This document shows, piece by piece, positions 27,613-36,682 of a stretch of 36,682 bases of DNA. A program made the translations under genes and the position numbers. Each line of letters starts with the position of its first letter. Within the stretch, counting starts at the first letter, position 1. The stretch comes from a virus. A model generated the notes under the pieces. That model was not told where the DNA came from and ran no database searches. It saw only the letters and a list, made by a program, of their open reading frames with translations. The stretch lies in UHGV virus genome UHGV-1482696, one strand, 5' to 3'.

Positions 27613-28744
27613 TACCGTCACGCTGCGAACGGATGGCAGGCTTTTTACCGGCTGGACGTCAGTCTCTGTCACCCGCTCCATTGAATCCGTAGCCGGATAT
27701 TTTGAGCTGGGGGTGAATGTGCCACCGGGTACAGATTTATCCGGGCTGGCACCGGGGAAGGCGTTCACGCTGGAAATCGACGGGCAGATTGTCTGCACCG
27801 GTTATATCGATTCGCGGCGACGCCAGATGACCGCTGACAGCATGAAAATCACTGTCGCCGGACGTGACAAAACGGCTGACCTGATTGACTGTGCTGCCGT
27901 TTACAGTGGCGGACAGTGGAAAAACCGCACACTGGAGCAGATTGCGCGTGACCTGAGCGCCCCTTATGGCGTTACCGTTCGCTGGGAGCTTTCCGATAAG
28001 GAAAGTTCGGCAGCTTTTCCCGGCTTCACGCTGGACCATTCAGAAACCGTTTATGAGGCGCTGGTGCGTGCCTCCCGCGCACGCGGTGTACTGATGACCA
28101 GCAATGCCGCCGGAGAGCTGGTATTCAGCCGGGCTGCCAGCACAGCCACTGATGAGCTGGTTCTCGGAGAAAATCTGCTGACACTGGATTTTGAGGAAGA
28201 CTTCCGCGACCGGTTCAGCGAATACACCGTCAAGGGGTATGCCCGCGCAAACGGTGCTGAGGGTGATGATATTGATGCGAAAAGTATCGTCTCCCGGAAA
28301 GGGACCGCCACTGACAGTGATGTGACCCGTTACAGACCGATGATCATCATTGCCGACAGCAAAATTACGGCGAAGGATGCACAGGCCCGCGCCCTGCGTG
28401 AGCAACGTCGCAGACTGGCAAAATCCATCACCTTTGAGGCAGAAATTGACGGATGGACACGCAAGGACGGGCAACTCTGGATGCCGAACCTGCTGGTCAC
28501 TATTGATGCCTCGAAATATGCCATCAAAACCACAGAATTACTGGTCAGCAAAGTCACCCTGATACTGAATGACCAGGACGGGCTGAAAACCCGCGTCAGC
28601 CTTGCACCACGCGAAGGCTTTCTGGTGCCGGTTGAAAGCGACCGTAAAAACAGGAAAGGCGGCGACAGTAACGGCGGTATTGATGCGCTGGTTGAAGATT
28701 ATTATCGCAGACACCCGGAGAAAACGCCGCCGTGGAAAGAGTAA
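27605..28744 (+). CDS. P: Baseplate hub protein P
   Basis: 379 aa, synteny and similarity to Mu P. Confidence 0.85.
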   Translation: MSNTVTLRTDGRLFTGWTSVSVTRSIESVAGYFELGVNVPPGTDLSGLAPGKAFTLEIDGQIVCTGYIDSRRRQMTADSMKITVAGRDKTADLIDCAAVYSGGQWKNRTLEQIARDLSAPYGVTVRWELSDKESSAAFPGFTLDHSETVYEALVRASRARGVLMTSNAAGELVFSRAASTATDELVLGENLLTLDFEEDFRDRFSEYTVKGYARANGAEGDDIDAKSIVSRKGTATDSDVTRYRPMIIIADSKITAKDAQARALREQRRRLAKSITFEAEIDGWTRKDGQLWMPNLLVTIDASKYAIKTTELLVSKVTLILNDQDGLKTRVSLAPREGFLVPVESDRKNRKGGDSNGGIDALVEDYYRRHPEKTPPWKE

Positions 28745-29325
28745 ATGATTCCGCCCTGAACCGCCTGCTGACGCCGCTGATGCGTCGTGTGCGCCTGATG
28801 CTTGCGCGCGCTGTTGTTAACGTGATTAACGACGGGCGAAAGGTTCAGAACCTGCAGGTCGGCCTGCTGGATGATGAGGAATCTGATGAAGTGGAGCGCC
28901 TGCAAAATTACGGGCATTTCAGCGTTCCCCTGCCGGGAGCAGAGGCGCTGATTGCCTGTGTGGGCGCACAACGTGATCAGGGGATTGCTGTTGTGGTGGA
29001 AGACCGCCGCTACCGCCCGACAAATCTTGAACCGGGTGATGCAGGCATTTACCACCACGAGGGGCATCGTATCAGGCTGACAAAGGACGGACGCTGCATC
29101 ATTACCTGTAAAACGGTTGAGGTTTACGCTGATGAAAGTATGACCGTTGACACACCCAGAACCACGTTTACCGGCGACGTTGAGATCCAGAAAGGTCTGG
29201 GCGTTAAAGGTAAAAGCCAGTTCGACAGCAATATTACTGCCCCGGATGCCATCATCAATGGCAAATCGACGGATAAGCATATCCACCGTGGCGACAGCGG
29301 CGGAACCACGGGGCCAATGCAATGA
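28732..29325 (+). CDS. Q: Baseplate spike / central puncturing protein Q
   Basis: 197 aa; Mu gp45-like. Confidence 0.8.
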   Translation: MERVNDSALNRLLTPLMRRVRLMLARAVVNVINDGRKVQNLQVGLLDDEESDEVERLQNYGHFSVPLPGAEALIACVGAQRDQGIAVVVEDRRYRPTNLEPGDAGIYHHEGHRIRLTKDGRCIITCKTVEVYADESMTVDTPRTTFTGDVEIQKGLGVKGKSQFDSNITAPDAIINGKSTDKHIHRGDSGGTTGPMQ

Positions 29326-29759
29326 CCGATTTAGCCATTATCTGGACGAACGGACGCGGCGATATTGCACAGGATGGCATTGATATGCTGACCGACGACA
29401 GCCTGACAACCGATGTGACAATCTCCCTGTTTACCGACCGGCGCGCGCTGGATTCTGACACGCTGCCGGATGGTTCAGATGATCGCCGTGGATGGTGGGG
29501 TGACAGTTACCGCGACCGCCCCATCGGTTCGCGGTTGTGGCTGTTATCACGTGAAAAAGCCACACCGGATACGCTGGAACGCGCCAGAGGGTATGCCGAA
29601 GAGGCGCTGGAATGGCTGAAAACAGCGGGCCGGGTAAGTGCGATTAACGTCAGAGCGGAACAGTTACATCAGGGCTGGTTATACCTCTACATTGCACTGA
29701 CATTACCGGATGGTTCCGTTATTCCTTATGAGTTTAAAGCAGCATTTAACGGGGTTTAA
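29322..29759 (+). CDS. V: Baseplate protein V (Mu gp46-like)
   Basis: 145 aa; ATGA overlap with Q. Confidence 0.8.
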   Translation: MTDLAIIWTNGRGDIAQDGIDMLTDDSLTTDVTISLFTDRRALDSDTLPDGSDDRRGWWGDSYRDRPIGSRLWLLSREKATPDTLERARGYAEEALEWLKTAGRVSAINVRAEQLHQGWLYLYIALTLPDGSVIPYEFKAAFNGV

Positions 29760-30842
29760 ATGGCTTATTCACCACCGACATTATCATCGCTGATTGCCCG
29801 TACAGAACAGAATATTGAACAGCGCCTGCCGGGTAGCTGGCCTCAGGCCCGTGAAAAAACGCTGAGTGCCATTGCTTATGCTCAGGCAGGCCTTGCTGCC
29901 GGTTGTCACGAGCATATTTCATGGGTTGGACGGCAGATTATCCCGTCGACAGCAGATGAAGATGAGTTGCTGGAGCACTGCCGGTTCTGGGGCGTGCGCC
30001 GCAAACAGGCGACAGCCGCCAGCGGCCCGCTGACTGTCACCACATCGGCAGCGACCACCATTCCTGCCGGTACACGCTGGCAGCGTGCTGATGGTGTGGT
30101 TTACAGCCTGGCTGATGCCATTGTGATTGACCGTGCAGGAACGACGGAAATTACCGTTACCGCACTGGCTGCCGGTGAAGCAGGAAATACCGGTGAGAAT
30201 ACCCTTTTAACGTTGATCACCCCGGTTGCCTGTGTTGTTTCCGATGCCATCACTGTAAAAGGGTTTTCCGGTGGGGCTGATATTGAGAGTGCAGCGGAGC
30301 TGCTGTCACGGCTGGAATATCGTGTCCAGTATCCTCCGTTCGGCGGTAATCAGTTTGATTACGTCCGCTGGGCACGTGAAGTCAGCGGCGTTACCCGTGC
30401 CTGGTGTTTTCCGACATGGAAAGGCGGTGGCACAGTCGGGGTGACGTTTGTTATGGATAACCGGAGCAATATTTTTCCACAACCGGCAGACGTGGAACGC
30501 GTGGCAGATTATATCGCCGGTCATACTGACCCGATCACCGGTCTGATTGTCGGACAGCCTGACGGTGTAAATGTCACTGTATTTGCGCCAAAGGCAAAGC
30601 CGGTAAATCCACGGATTTATATATCACCGAAGACAGCCGAACTGAAACAGGCTATTACCCACGCCATTAATACCATGTTTTTTAATGAGGTGACGCCGGG
30701 CGGCGCACTTGCCCCCTCCCGTATTATCCGTGCGGTGGCAGGTGTTACCGGTCTGGATGATTTTGAAGTGCGTTTCCCGACAGAGATCCAGCGTTCGGAG
30801 AATACGGAACTGTTAACACCGGGGACAATTGAATGGCTGTAA
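29760..30842 (+). CDS. W: Baseplate wedge protein W (J-like)
   Basis: 360 aa, Mu gp47-like. Confidence 0.85.
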   Translation: MAYSPPTLSSLIARTEQNIEQRLPGSWPQAREKTLSAIAYAQAGLAAGCHEHISWVGRQIIPSTADEDELLEHCRFWGVRRKQATAASGPLTVTTSAATTIPAGTRWQRADGVVYSLADAIVIDRAGTTEITVTALAAGEAGNTGENTLLTLITPVACVVSDAITVKGFSGGADIESAAELLSRLEYRVQYPPFGGNQFDYVRWAREVSGVTRAWCFPTWKGGGTVGVTFVMDNRSNIFPQPADVERVADYIAGHTDPITGLIVGQPDGVNVTVFAPKAKPVNPRIYISPKTAELKQAITHAINTMFFNEVTPGGALAPSRIIRAVAGVTGLDDFEVRFPTEIQRSENTELLTPGTIEWL

Positions 30843-31375
30843 CACCCTATCAGACGGCCTTTCTGCAATTACTGCCGTCAGGGCTTGCCTGGAATAAAAG
30901 CCCCGACAGCAAATTATCTGCGCTGGCGCAGGCCATCAGCGACGTGATTGCCACTGCGGCGGATGATGCGCGGCAAATGCTGCGGGAGCGTTTCCCGTCC
31001 ACATCCCGCTGGTATCTGGGGGAGTGGGAATCATTTCTGGGGTTGCCGGACTGTACCAGCGAAAACGGCACCCTGTCCGAACGCCAGCGGGCTGCCGCGA
31101 ATAAAATGCGTATGACCGGCAATCTGAGTCGGCGCTTTTATGAATGGCTGGCTGCGCAGTACGGTTTTACCGTCAGGCTGACGGATTCCACAGAAGGCCA
31201 GTGGGTTACGCAGGTCAATATTTACGGTATTAAAAATTATCGCAACGCAACGGTGCTGGATAATGTTCTGACGCCGTTACGTGTTTATGAATCGGGTGCG
31301 CTGGAATGTTTACTGGAGAAATATAAACCCGCGCATCAGATTTATAAATTTGTTTACCATGACGGAGATAACTAA
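30833..31375 (+). CDS. R: Baseplate / tail-fibre attachment protein R (Mu gp48-like)
   Basis: 180 aa; overlaps W stop. Confidence 0.8.
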   Translation: MAVTPYQTAFLQLLPSGLAWNKSPDSKLSALAQAISDVIATAADDARQMLRERFPSTSRWYLGEWESFLGLPDCTSENGTLSERQRAAANKMRMTGNLSRRFYEWLAAQYGFTVRLTDSTEGQWVTQVNIYGIKNYRNATVLDNVLTPLRVYESGALECLLEKYKPAHQIYKFVYHDGDN

Positions 31376-32883
31376 TGTTTTATATTGATAACGACAGCGG
31401 CGTAACCGTCATGCCGCCCGTATCCGCCCAGCGTAGTGCTATCGTTCGCTGGTTTTCAGAAGGTGACGGGAATAATGTTATCACATGGCCCGGCATGGAC
31501 TGGTTTAATATTGTGCAGGCGGAGTTATTAAACACGCTGGAAGAAGCCGGTATTCAACCGGATAAAACAAAATTAAACCAGCTTGCACTGTCCATTAAAG
31601 CCATTATGAGCAATAACGCGCTGCTGATAAAAAATAACCTCAGCGAAATTAAAACTGCCGGGGCATCAGCACAGCGTACAGCACGTGAAAATCTGGATAT
31701 CTATGATGCCAGCCTGAACAAAAAAGGACTCGTTCAGCTAACCAGTGCCACTGACAGCCCCAGTGAAACGCTGGCAGCCACCGCAAAAGCGGTGAAAATT
31801 GCGATGGATAATGCCAGTGCCCGTCTGGCAAAAGACCGGAACGGAGCAGATATTCCCAATAAGCCGCTGTTTATCCAAAACCTCGGTTTACAGGAAACGG
31901 TAAACAAGGCTGGTAACGCCGTCCAAAAGACAGGCGATATCTTGTCCGGTGGGCTTACTTTTGAAAACGACTCAATCCTTGCCTGGATTCGGAATACTGA
32001 CTGGGCAAAGATTGGTTTTAAAAATGATGCCGACAGCGATACTGATTCATACATGTGGTTTGAAACAGGCGACAACGGCAATGAATATTTCAAATGGAGA
32101 AGCCGCCAGAGCACCACAACAAAAGACCTGATGAATCTTAAATGGGATGCTTTGTATGTTCTTGTTAAAGCTCTTTTCAGCAGTGAAGTAAAAATATCGA
32201 CAGTCAATGCACTGAGGATATTTAATTCATCTTTTGGTGCTATTTTTCGCCGTTCTGAAGAATGTCTTCATATCATCCCTACCCGAGAAAATGAGGGGGA
32301 AAATGGCGATATAGGGCCACTACGCCCCTTTACGCTTAATCTCAGAACTGGTCGCATAACTATGGGGCATGGTCTGGATGTTACAGGAGATATATTTGCA
32401 AACCGTTTTTTAATTAACAGCAGTACAGGCATGTGGATTCATATGCGTGACCAGAACGTTATTATGGGACGTAATGCGGTATCCACTGATGGTGCTCAGG
32501 CTTTGCTCCGTCAGGACCATGCCGACCGCAAATTTATGATTGGCGGTCTGGGAAATAAGCAATTTGGCATCTACATGATTAATAATTCAAGGACAGCCAA
32601 TGGCACCGATGGTCAGGCGTACATGGATAATAACGGGAACTGGCTTTGCGGCTCGCAAGTTATTCCCGGCAACTATGGCAATTTTGACTCACGCTATGTG
32701 AGAGATGTCCGACTTGGCACACGTGTTGTTCAATTGATGGCGCGTGGAGGACGTTATGAAATAGCCGGACACGCACTTACTGGATTAAGAATTATTGGCG
32801 AAGTTGATGGCGATGATGAAGCTATTTTCAGGCCGATACAAAAATACATCAATGGCATATGGTATAACGTCGCACAGGTGTAA
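31375..32883 (+). CDS. S: Tail fibre protein S (constant part Sc fused to variable part Sv, G(+) orientation)
   Basis: 502 aa; reading frame passes through gixL at 31871-31904 (..ADIPNKPLFIQNLGLQETVNK..). Confidence 0.9.
   Translation: MFYIDNDSGVTVMPPVSAQRSAIVRWFSEGDGNNVITWPGMDWFNIVQAELLNTLEEAGIQPDKTKLNQLALSIKAIMSNNALLIKNNLSEIKTAGASAQRTARENLDIYDASLNKKGLVQLTSATDSPSETLAATAKAVKIAMDNASARLAKDRNGADIPNKPLFIQNLGLQETVNKAGNAVQKTGDILSGGLTFENDSILAWIRNTDWAKIGFKNDADSDTDSYMWFETGDNGNEYFKWRSRQSTTTKDLMNLKWDALYVLVKALFSSEVKISTVNALRIFNSSFGAIFRRSEECLHIIPTRENEGENGDIGPLRPFTLNLRTGRITMGHGLDVTGDIFANRFLINSSTGMWIHMRDQNVIMGRNAVSTDGAQALLRQDHADRKFMIGGLGNKQFGIYMINNSRTANGTDGQAYMDNNGNWLCGSQVIPGNYGNFDSRYVRDVRLGTRVVQLMARGGRYEIAGHALTGLRIIGEVDGDDEAIFRPIQKYINGIWYNVAQV
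31871..31904. repeat. gixL recombination site (left inverted repeat of G segment)
   Basis: TTATCCAAAACCTCGGTTTACAGGAAACGGTAAA; inverted copy at 34916-34949 with one mismatch. Confidence 0.9.
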
Positions 32884-32886
32884 ATC

Positions 32887-33414
32887 ATGCAGCACTTAAA
32901 AAATATCAGGTCAGGAAACCCAAAGACAAAAGAGCAATACCAATTGACAAAGAATTTTGACGTAATCTGGTTGTGGTCAGAAGACGAAAAAAACTGGTAC
33001 GAGGAATTAAAAAACTTTCAGCCAGACACAATAAAGATTGTTTACGATGCAAATAATATTATTGTCGCCATCACTAAAGATGCCTCCACGCTTAACCCTG
33101 AAGGTTTTAGCGTCGTTGAGGTCCCCGATATAACAGCCAACCGCCGCGCTGATGATTCAGGAAAGTGGATGTTTAAGGATGGAGCTGTAGTTAAACGGAT
33201 TTATACGGCAGACGAACAGCAACAACAGGCCGAATCACAAAAGGCCGCGTTACTTTCCGAAGCAGAAAGTGTTATTCAGCCACTGGAACGCGCTGTCAGG
33301 CTGAATATGGCAACAGACGAGGAACGCACACGACTGGAAGCATGGGAACGCTACAGTGTTCTGGTCAGCCGTGTGGATACGGCAAATCCTGAATGGCCAC
33401 AAAAGCCTGAATAA
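32887..33414 (+). CDS. U: Tail fibre assembly chaperone U
   Basis: 175 aa; paralogous to the minus-strand U' ORF (shared [42 protein letters not shown]). Confidence 0.9.
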   Translation: MQHLKNIRSGNPKTKEQYQLTKNFDVIWLWSEDEKNWYEELKNFQPDTIKIVYDANNIIVAITKDASTLNPEGFSVVEVPDITANRRADDSGKWMFKDGAVVKRIYTADEQQQQAESQKAALLSEAESVIQPLERAVRLNMATDEERTRLEAWERYSVLVSRVDTANPEWPQKPE

Positions 33415-33442
33415 AAATTAAGGCCCGATAGCGGGCCTTGTT

Positions 33443-33976
33443 TCATTCTGGTTGTTCTGGAAACGTTACTGGCAGGCTGGAGGTGTCTGTGGATTCGACC
33501 TTCTGCGCATAGAGCATCCACTCGGTTAATTTTTGTTTATTCTCGTCGGAAATGATGCCCAGCCGTAGCTGTGAGTCCCATAGCTGGGTTTTATCCCTGA
33601 CAAGTTGCAACAGGCTTTGCTTTTCATTCTCTGCCTGCTGCCTCTGTTCCTCCTCGGTATAAGTTCGCTTTATCACTACGCCATCTTTGAACATCCATTT
33701 ACCCGAAATATCAGCCCGGCGATTTGCTGTAATATCAGGTAATTCAACGACGCTTGCGCCTTCCGGATTAATTGCTGAAACATCCTTTTCAATACAAATA
33801 ATAACGCCGTTATGGTCATAGACCATTTTCAAAGTGTCTGGCTGGAAATTCTTTTGTTCCTCATACCAGTTTTTTCCATCATCTGAATAAAGCCATTTGA
33901 TGTTAAATTGCTTTGTTAGCTGGTATTGCTCTTTTGTTTTAGGGTTGCCAGCAGTAATGTTTTTTAAGTGCATCAT
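33443..33976 (-). CDS. U': Alternative tail fibre assembly chaperone U'
   Basis: 177 aa on opposite strand inside G segment; paralogue of U. Confidence 0.88.
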   Translation of the reverse strand: MMHLKNITAGNPKTKEQYQLTKQFNIKWLYSDDGKNWYEEQKNFQPDTLKMVYDHNGVIICIEKDVSAINPEGASVVELPDITANRRADISGKWMFKDGVVIKRTYTEEEQRQQAENEKQSLLQLVRDKTQLWDSQLRLGIISDENKQKLTEWMLYAQKVESTDTSSLPVTFPEQPE

Positions 33977-33978
33977 CG

Positions 33979-34915
33979 TTAAATACTCCCCGCGTTATAC
34001 CACGTCCCATTAATGCAATACTGAATTGGCCTTGCCTGTGTTGTATCAATTAATTCATCACGGTTTCCGTTAACTGAACCCGTAACGACATAACCTGACC
34101 TGTCAGACCAGCCGGGACCATTCCATGTCTGAACAGATGACAGACCGCCAAGGCGAATACCTGTAATAAACCTTGAGTTACATTCTGCCCGCGTATATGC
34201 ACCAACATCTCCCGCAGAGGGTTTGCGGGTTGTGGTGTAAAACTCTGACCAGTCAGCTTCAAAGCCATAACCATCACGCGCTGAACGATAAAAGATTCCG
34301 CCATTTCTGTAATTCACGCGGAACTGTACAGCAGGGCAACTCCCCGCATTCATATTAAAGTGGAGGATTAATGTCGATGCACCACTGATATCTGCATCAT
34401 AAACGCCGCTATTCCAGTTCCAGCCAACAGCTTTATCATTTGCAACCCTGCTTCCTGTTTGCCCTAAAGCAAATGCAGGCTGCTGATTTTTCGTGTTGTA
34501 GTCTCGTCGCCAGCCAGGAGAATAACCATCACCATGATTAATATAAGTGAATTGAGCGTTAGTAGTTCCGCCACCGCTGGACGTGCTCGGCGTGGTAACG
34601 CGTATGGTCATTGCGCCGCGGGTTCCCATAACCTCAATCACGGCTCCGGCAAGGCAGATATTTCCACAACCGGTATCCGTAATAACCCTGTTTCTGGCAT
34701 AGGACCATGACCCTTTACACATCCAGTATGGATGTCGGAAAGCTCCGTTATTCTCCAGCCACGAGATAAATGCAACTGTCGACCATTCACCTTGTGAACC
34801 ATCGATATCAGTCTGACCGCTAAATGCACGACAGGCCCCTGTGTTTTGTATGAATTTATCTTTATTCGGAATATCTGCACCGTTCTGGTTTTTCTGCAAT
34901 GCGCCAGAAGCCTGA
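33979..34915 (-). CDS. S': Alternative tail-fibre variable segment S'v (no own start; expressed only after G inversion as Sc-S'v fusion)
   Basis: Minus-strand frame is open from gixR to the stop at 33979 and is in frame with Sc across the gix site (..QETVNQASGALQKNQNGADIPNK..); track start 34899 is TTG, no ATG or RBS. Confidence 0.8.
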
Positions 34916-34949
34916 TTTACCGTTTCCTGTAAACCGAGGTTTTAGATAA
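34916..34949. repeat. gixR recombination site (right inverted repeat of G segment)
   Basis: TTTACCGTTTCCTGTAAACCGAGGTTTTAGATAA = reverse complement of gixL with a single G/A difference. Confidence 0.9.
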
Positions 34950-35003
34950 TGGCCGTTTCCGGCCTGCATGGCATGATTTGCGCTTTTGGACGGGAGATTC
35001 AGC

Positions 35004-35597
35004 GTGCTGATTGGCTATGTAAGGGTATCAACAAATGACCAGAATACAGACCTGCAACGAAACGCTCTTGTTTGTGCAGGATGTGAACAAATATTTGAAG
35101 ATAAATTAAGCGGGACAAAGACAGACCGACCGGGATTAAAACGCGCTTTAAAGCGCCTTCAAAAAGGTGACACGCTGGTTGTCTGGAAACTGGATCGCCT
35201 CGGGCGAAGCATGAAACATTTGATTTCTCTCGTAGGGGAATTACGAGAGCGAGGGATTAATTTTCGCAGTCTTACTGACAGTATTGATACGTCATCTCCA
35301 ATGGGGCGTTTTTTCTTCCACGTTATGGGTGCCCTGGCTGAAATGGAACGAGAACTAATCATCGAGCGAACGATGGCTGGACTTGCTGCCGCCAGAAATA
35401 AAGGCCGTATCGGTGGGCGACCACCTAAACTAACCAAAGCGGAATGGGAGCAGGCCGGGCGTTTATTAGCACAAGGAATCCCCCGCAAGCAGGTCGCATT
35501 GATCTACGATGTGGCCCTGTCAACGCTGTATAAAAAACACCCCGCCAAACGAACGCATATAGAAAACGACGATCGAATCAATCAAATCGATCGGTAA
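35004..35597 (+). CDS. gin: Gin serine recombinase (G-segment DNA invertase)
   Basis: LIGYVRVSTNDQNTDLQRNAL... resolvase/invertase catalytic domain with active-site Ser and C-terminal HTH; likely GTG start 35004 with GGGAG 7 nt upstream (track start 34986 is TTG). Confidence 0.93.
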   Translation: MLIGYVRVSTNDQNTDLQRNALVCAGCEQIFEDKLSGTKTDRPGLKRALKRLQKGDTLVVWKLDRLGRSMKHLISLVGELRERGINFRSLTDSIDTSSPMGRFFFHVMGALAEMERELIIERTMAGLAAARNKGRIGGRPPKLTKAEWEQAGRLLAQGIPRKQVALIYDVALSTLYKKHPAKRTHIENDDRINQIDR

Positions 35598-35679
35598 TAC
35601 AGATCGATTATGCCCCAATAACCACACTCAACCCACGATGTTTTTTAAGATAGTGGCGAATTGATGCAAAGGAGGTGAA
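35571..35679 (+). promoter_or_regulatory. mom operon control region: three Dam GATC sites, T6-containing promoter Pmom
   Basis: GATC at 35571-35574, 35589-35592 and 35602-35605 (overlapping the gin 3-prime end); T6 run at 35641-35646 upstream of the com RBS GGAGG. Confidence 0.75.
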
Positions 35680-35868
35680 ATGAAATCAATTCGCTGTAAA
35701 AACTGCAACAAACTGTTATTTAAGGCGGATTCCTTTGATCACATTGAAATCAGGTGTCCGCGTTGCAAACGTCACATCATAATGCTGAATGCCTGCGAGC
35801 ATCCCACGGAGAAACATTGTGGGAAAAGAGAAAAAATCACGCATTCTGACGAAACCGTGCGTTATTGA
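35680..35868 (+). CDS. com: Com zinc-finger translational activator of mom
   Basis: 62 aa [34 protein letters not shown]: C-x2-C ... C-x2-C zinc ribbon; overlaps mom. Confidence 0.92.
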   Translation: MKSIRCKNCNKLLFKADSFDHIEIRCPRCKRHIIMLNACEHPTEKHCGKREKITHSDETVRY

Positions 35869-36514
35869 GTATGAAGGCCAGATTGTTGGCTATGGTTCAA
35901 AGGAGCTGCGCGTTGAAACCATATCCTGCTGGCTGGCCCGCACAATTATTCAGACAAAGCACTATTCCCGCCGTTTTGTGAATAACTCTTACCTCCACCT
36001 GGGAGTATTCAGCGGACGCGATCTGGTTGGCGTTCTCCAGTGGGGATATGCCCTTAACCCCAACTCAGGTCGTCGTGTCGTGCTTGAAACGGATAACCGG
36101 GGCTATATGGAGTTGAACCGCATGTGGCTACACGATGACATGCCCCGCAACTCTGAATCACGGGCCATCAGTTATGCACTGAAAACCATCAGGTTACTGT
36201 ATCCGTCAGTGGAGTGGGTTCAGTCCTTTGCAGACGAACGCTGCGGACGCGCAGGCGTTGTGTATCAGGCGTCGAATTTTGATTTTATTGGCAGTCATGA
36301 AAGTACATTCTACGAGCTGGATGGTGAGTGGTATCACGAGATAACGATGAACGCGATTAAGCGAGGTGGACAACGAGGCGTGTATTTACGGGCTAATAAA
36401 GAGCGTGCCGTGGTGCACAAATTTAATCAGTATCGCTACATCAGATTCCTGAACAAGCGAGCAAGGAAGCGGCTAAATACCAAACTATTCAAGGTTCAGC
36501 CATACCCTAAGTGA
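35819..36514 (+). CDS. mom: Mom DNA modification enzyme (adenine N6 carbamoylmethyl-type modification, anti-restriction)
   Basis: ORF open 35789..36514; start uncertain between ATG 35789 and in-frame GTG 35819; product with acyltransferase-like core, last gene before attR as in Mu. Confidence 0.85.
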   Translation: MGKEKKSRILTKPCVIEYEGQIVGYGSKELRVETISCWLARTIIQTKHYSRRFVNNSYLHLGVFSGRDLVGVLQWGYALNPNSGRRVVLETDNRGYMELNRMWLHDDMPRNSESRAISYALKTIRLLYPSVEWVQSFADERCGRAGVVYQASNFDFIGSHESTFYELDGEWYHEITMNAIKRGGQRGVYLRANKERAVVHKFNQYRYIRFLNKRARKRLNTKLFKVQPYPK

Positions 36515-36534
36515 TCCCCATGTAATGAATAAAA

Positions 36535-36560
36535 AGCAGTAATTAATACTGCTGTTTCAT
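36535..36560 (+). terminator. Hairpin terminator after mom
   Basis: AGCAGTA-ATTAA-TACTGCT stem followed by GTTTCATTT. Confidence 0.55.
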
Positions 36561-36629
36561 TTGAAGCGCGAAAGCTAAAGTTTTCGCATTTATCGTGAAA
36601 CGCTTTCGCGTTTTTCGTGCGCCGCTTCA
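36555..36629 (+). promoter_or_regulatory. attR: attR right transposon end with MuA binding sites R1-R3
   Basis: Three tandem CGAAA-containing MuA-type sites (GAAGCGCGAAAGC.., TTTTCGCATTTATCGTGAAACGC, TTTCGCGTTTTTCGTGCGCCGCTTCA) ending in terminal CA at 36629. Confidence 0.8.
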
Positions 36630-36634
36630 GCTGC
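36630..36634. repeat. Right copy of 5-bp target-site duplication GCTGC
   Basis: Identical to 67-71; immediately follows terminal CA of the phage right end. Confidence 0.85.
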
Positions 36635-36682
36635 TGATGCTCGCCATATAGAAATATTTCGAGAAAATGAGGATTAACAGAA

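Larger units (their letters stand above)
31871..34949. other. Invertible G segment (Gin-mediated host-range switch), currently in the S/U-expressing orientation
   Basis: About 3.08 kb bounded by 34-bp inverted repeats; contains Sv and U on the plus strand and S'v and U' on the minus strand; adjacent gin. Confidence 0.9.
72..36629 (+). mobile_element. Complete Mu-like transposable prophage (D108-type immunity region, Mu-type late region)
   Basis: Left end begins 5-prime TG (TGTATTGATTCACGAGAAGTACGAAAAAACCGGG), right end ends CA-3-prime (GTTTTTCGTGCGCCGCTTCA); flanked by 5-bp direct repeat; full c-ner-A-B ... gin-com-mom gene order. Confidence 0.92.

Noticed and set aside
1-36682. CRISPR arrays, tRNA/rRNA genes, integrase or attachment-site-type integration, toxin-antitoxin or other cargo defence islands
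   Set aside because: No regularly spaced direct repeats, no tRNA-like cloverleaf candidates, no tyrosine or serine integrase (the only serine recombinase is the invertase Gin), and the element length leaves no room for a cargo insertion relative to the Mu gene map.

Overview
The window is essentially one complete Mu-like transposable prophage (about 36.56 kb, positions 72-36629) with both phage ends intact and a perfect 5-bp target-site duplication (GCTGC at 67-71 and 36630-36634); only 71 bp of left and 53 bp of right flanking host DNA are present. Gene order is the canonical Mu layout: leftward repressor c, operator region, ner, transposase A, target activator B, a block of small early accessory ORFs (kil, gam, gemA, mor), a middle operon ending in C, the lysis cassette (SAR endolysin, overlapping spanins, gp25), terminase, portal, head genes, sheath, tube, tape measure, baseplate, the Gin-invertible G segment carrying alternative tail-fibre genes (S/U versus S'/U'), gin, and com-mom at the right end. 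The immunity region (c, ner, A N-terminus) looks like the D108 type rather than Mu type, while the rest is very Mu-like. I found no large foreign insertion or cargo defence island; the most checkable anomalies are (i) head gene F apparently split by a +1 frame change at a T5 run, (ii) a GH108-type muramidase-like gene plus small membrane ORFs in the middle operon, and (iii) a small unlisted transmembrane ORF upstream of C. All protein identifications rest on my recognition of Mu/D108 protein sequences and motifs in the supplied translations; no database search was run, and start codons were refined by eye from ribosome-binding-site spacing.
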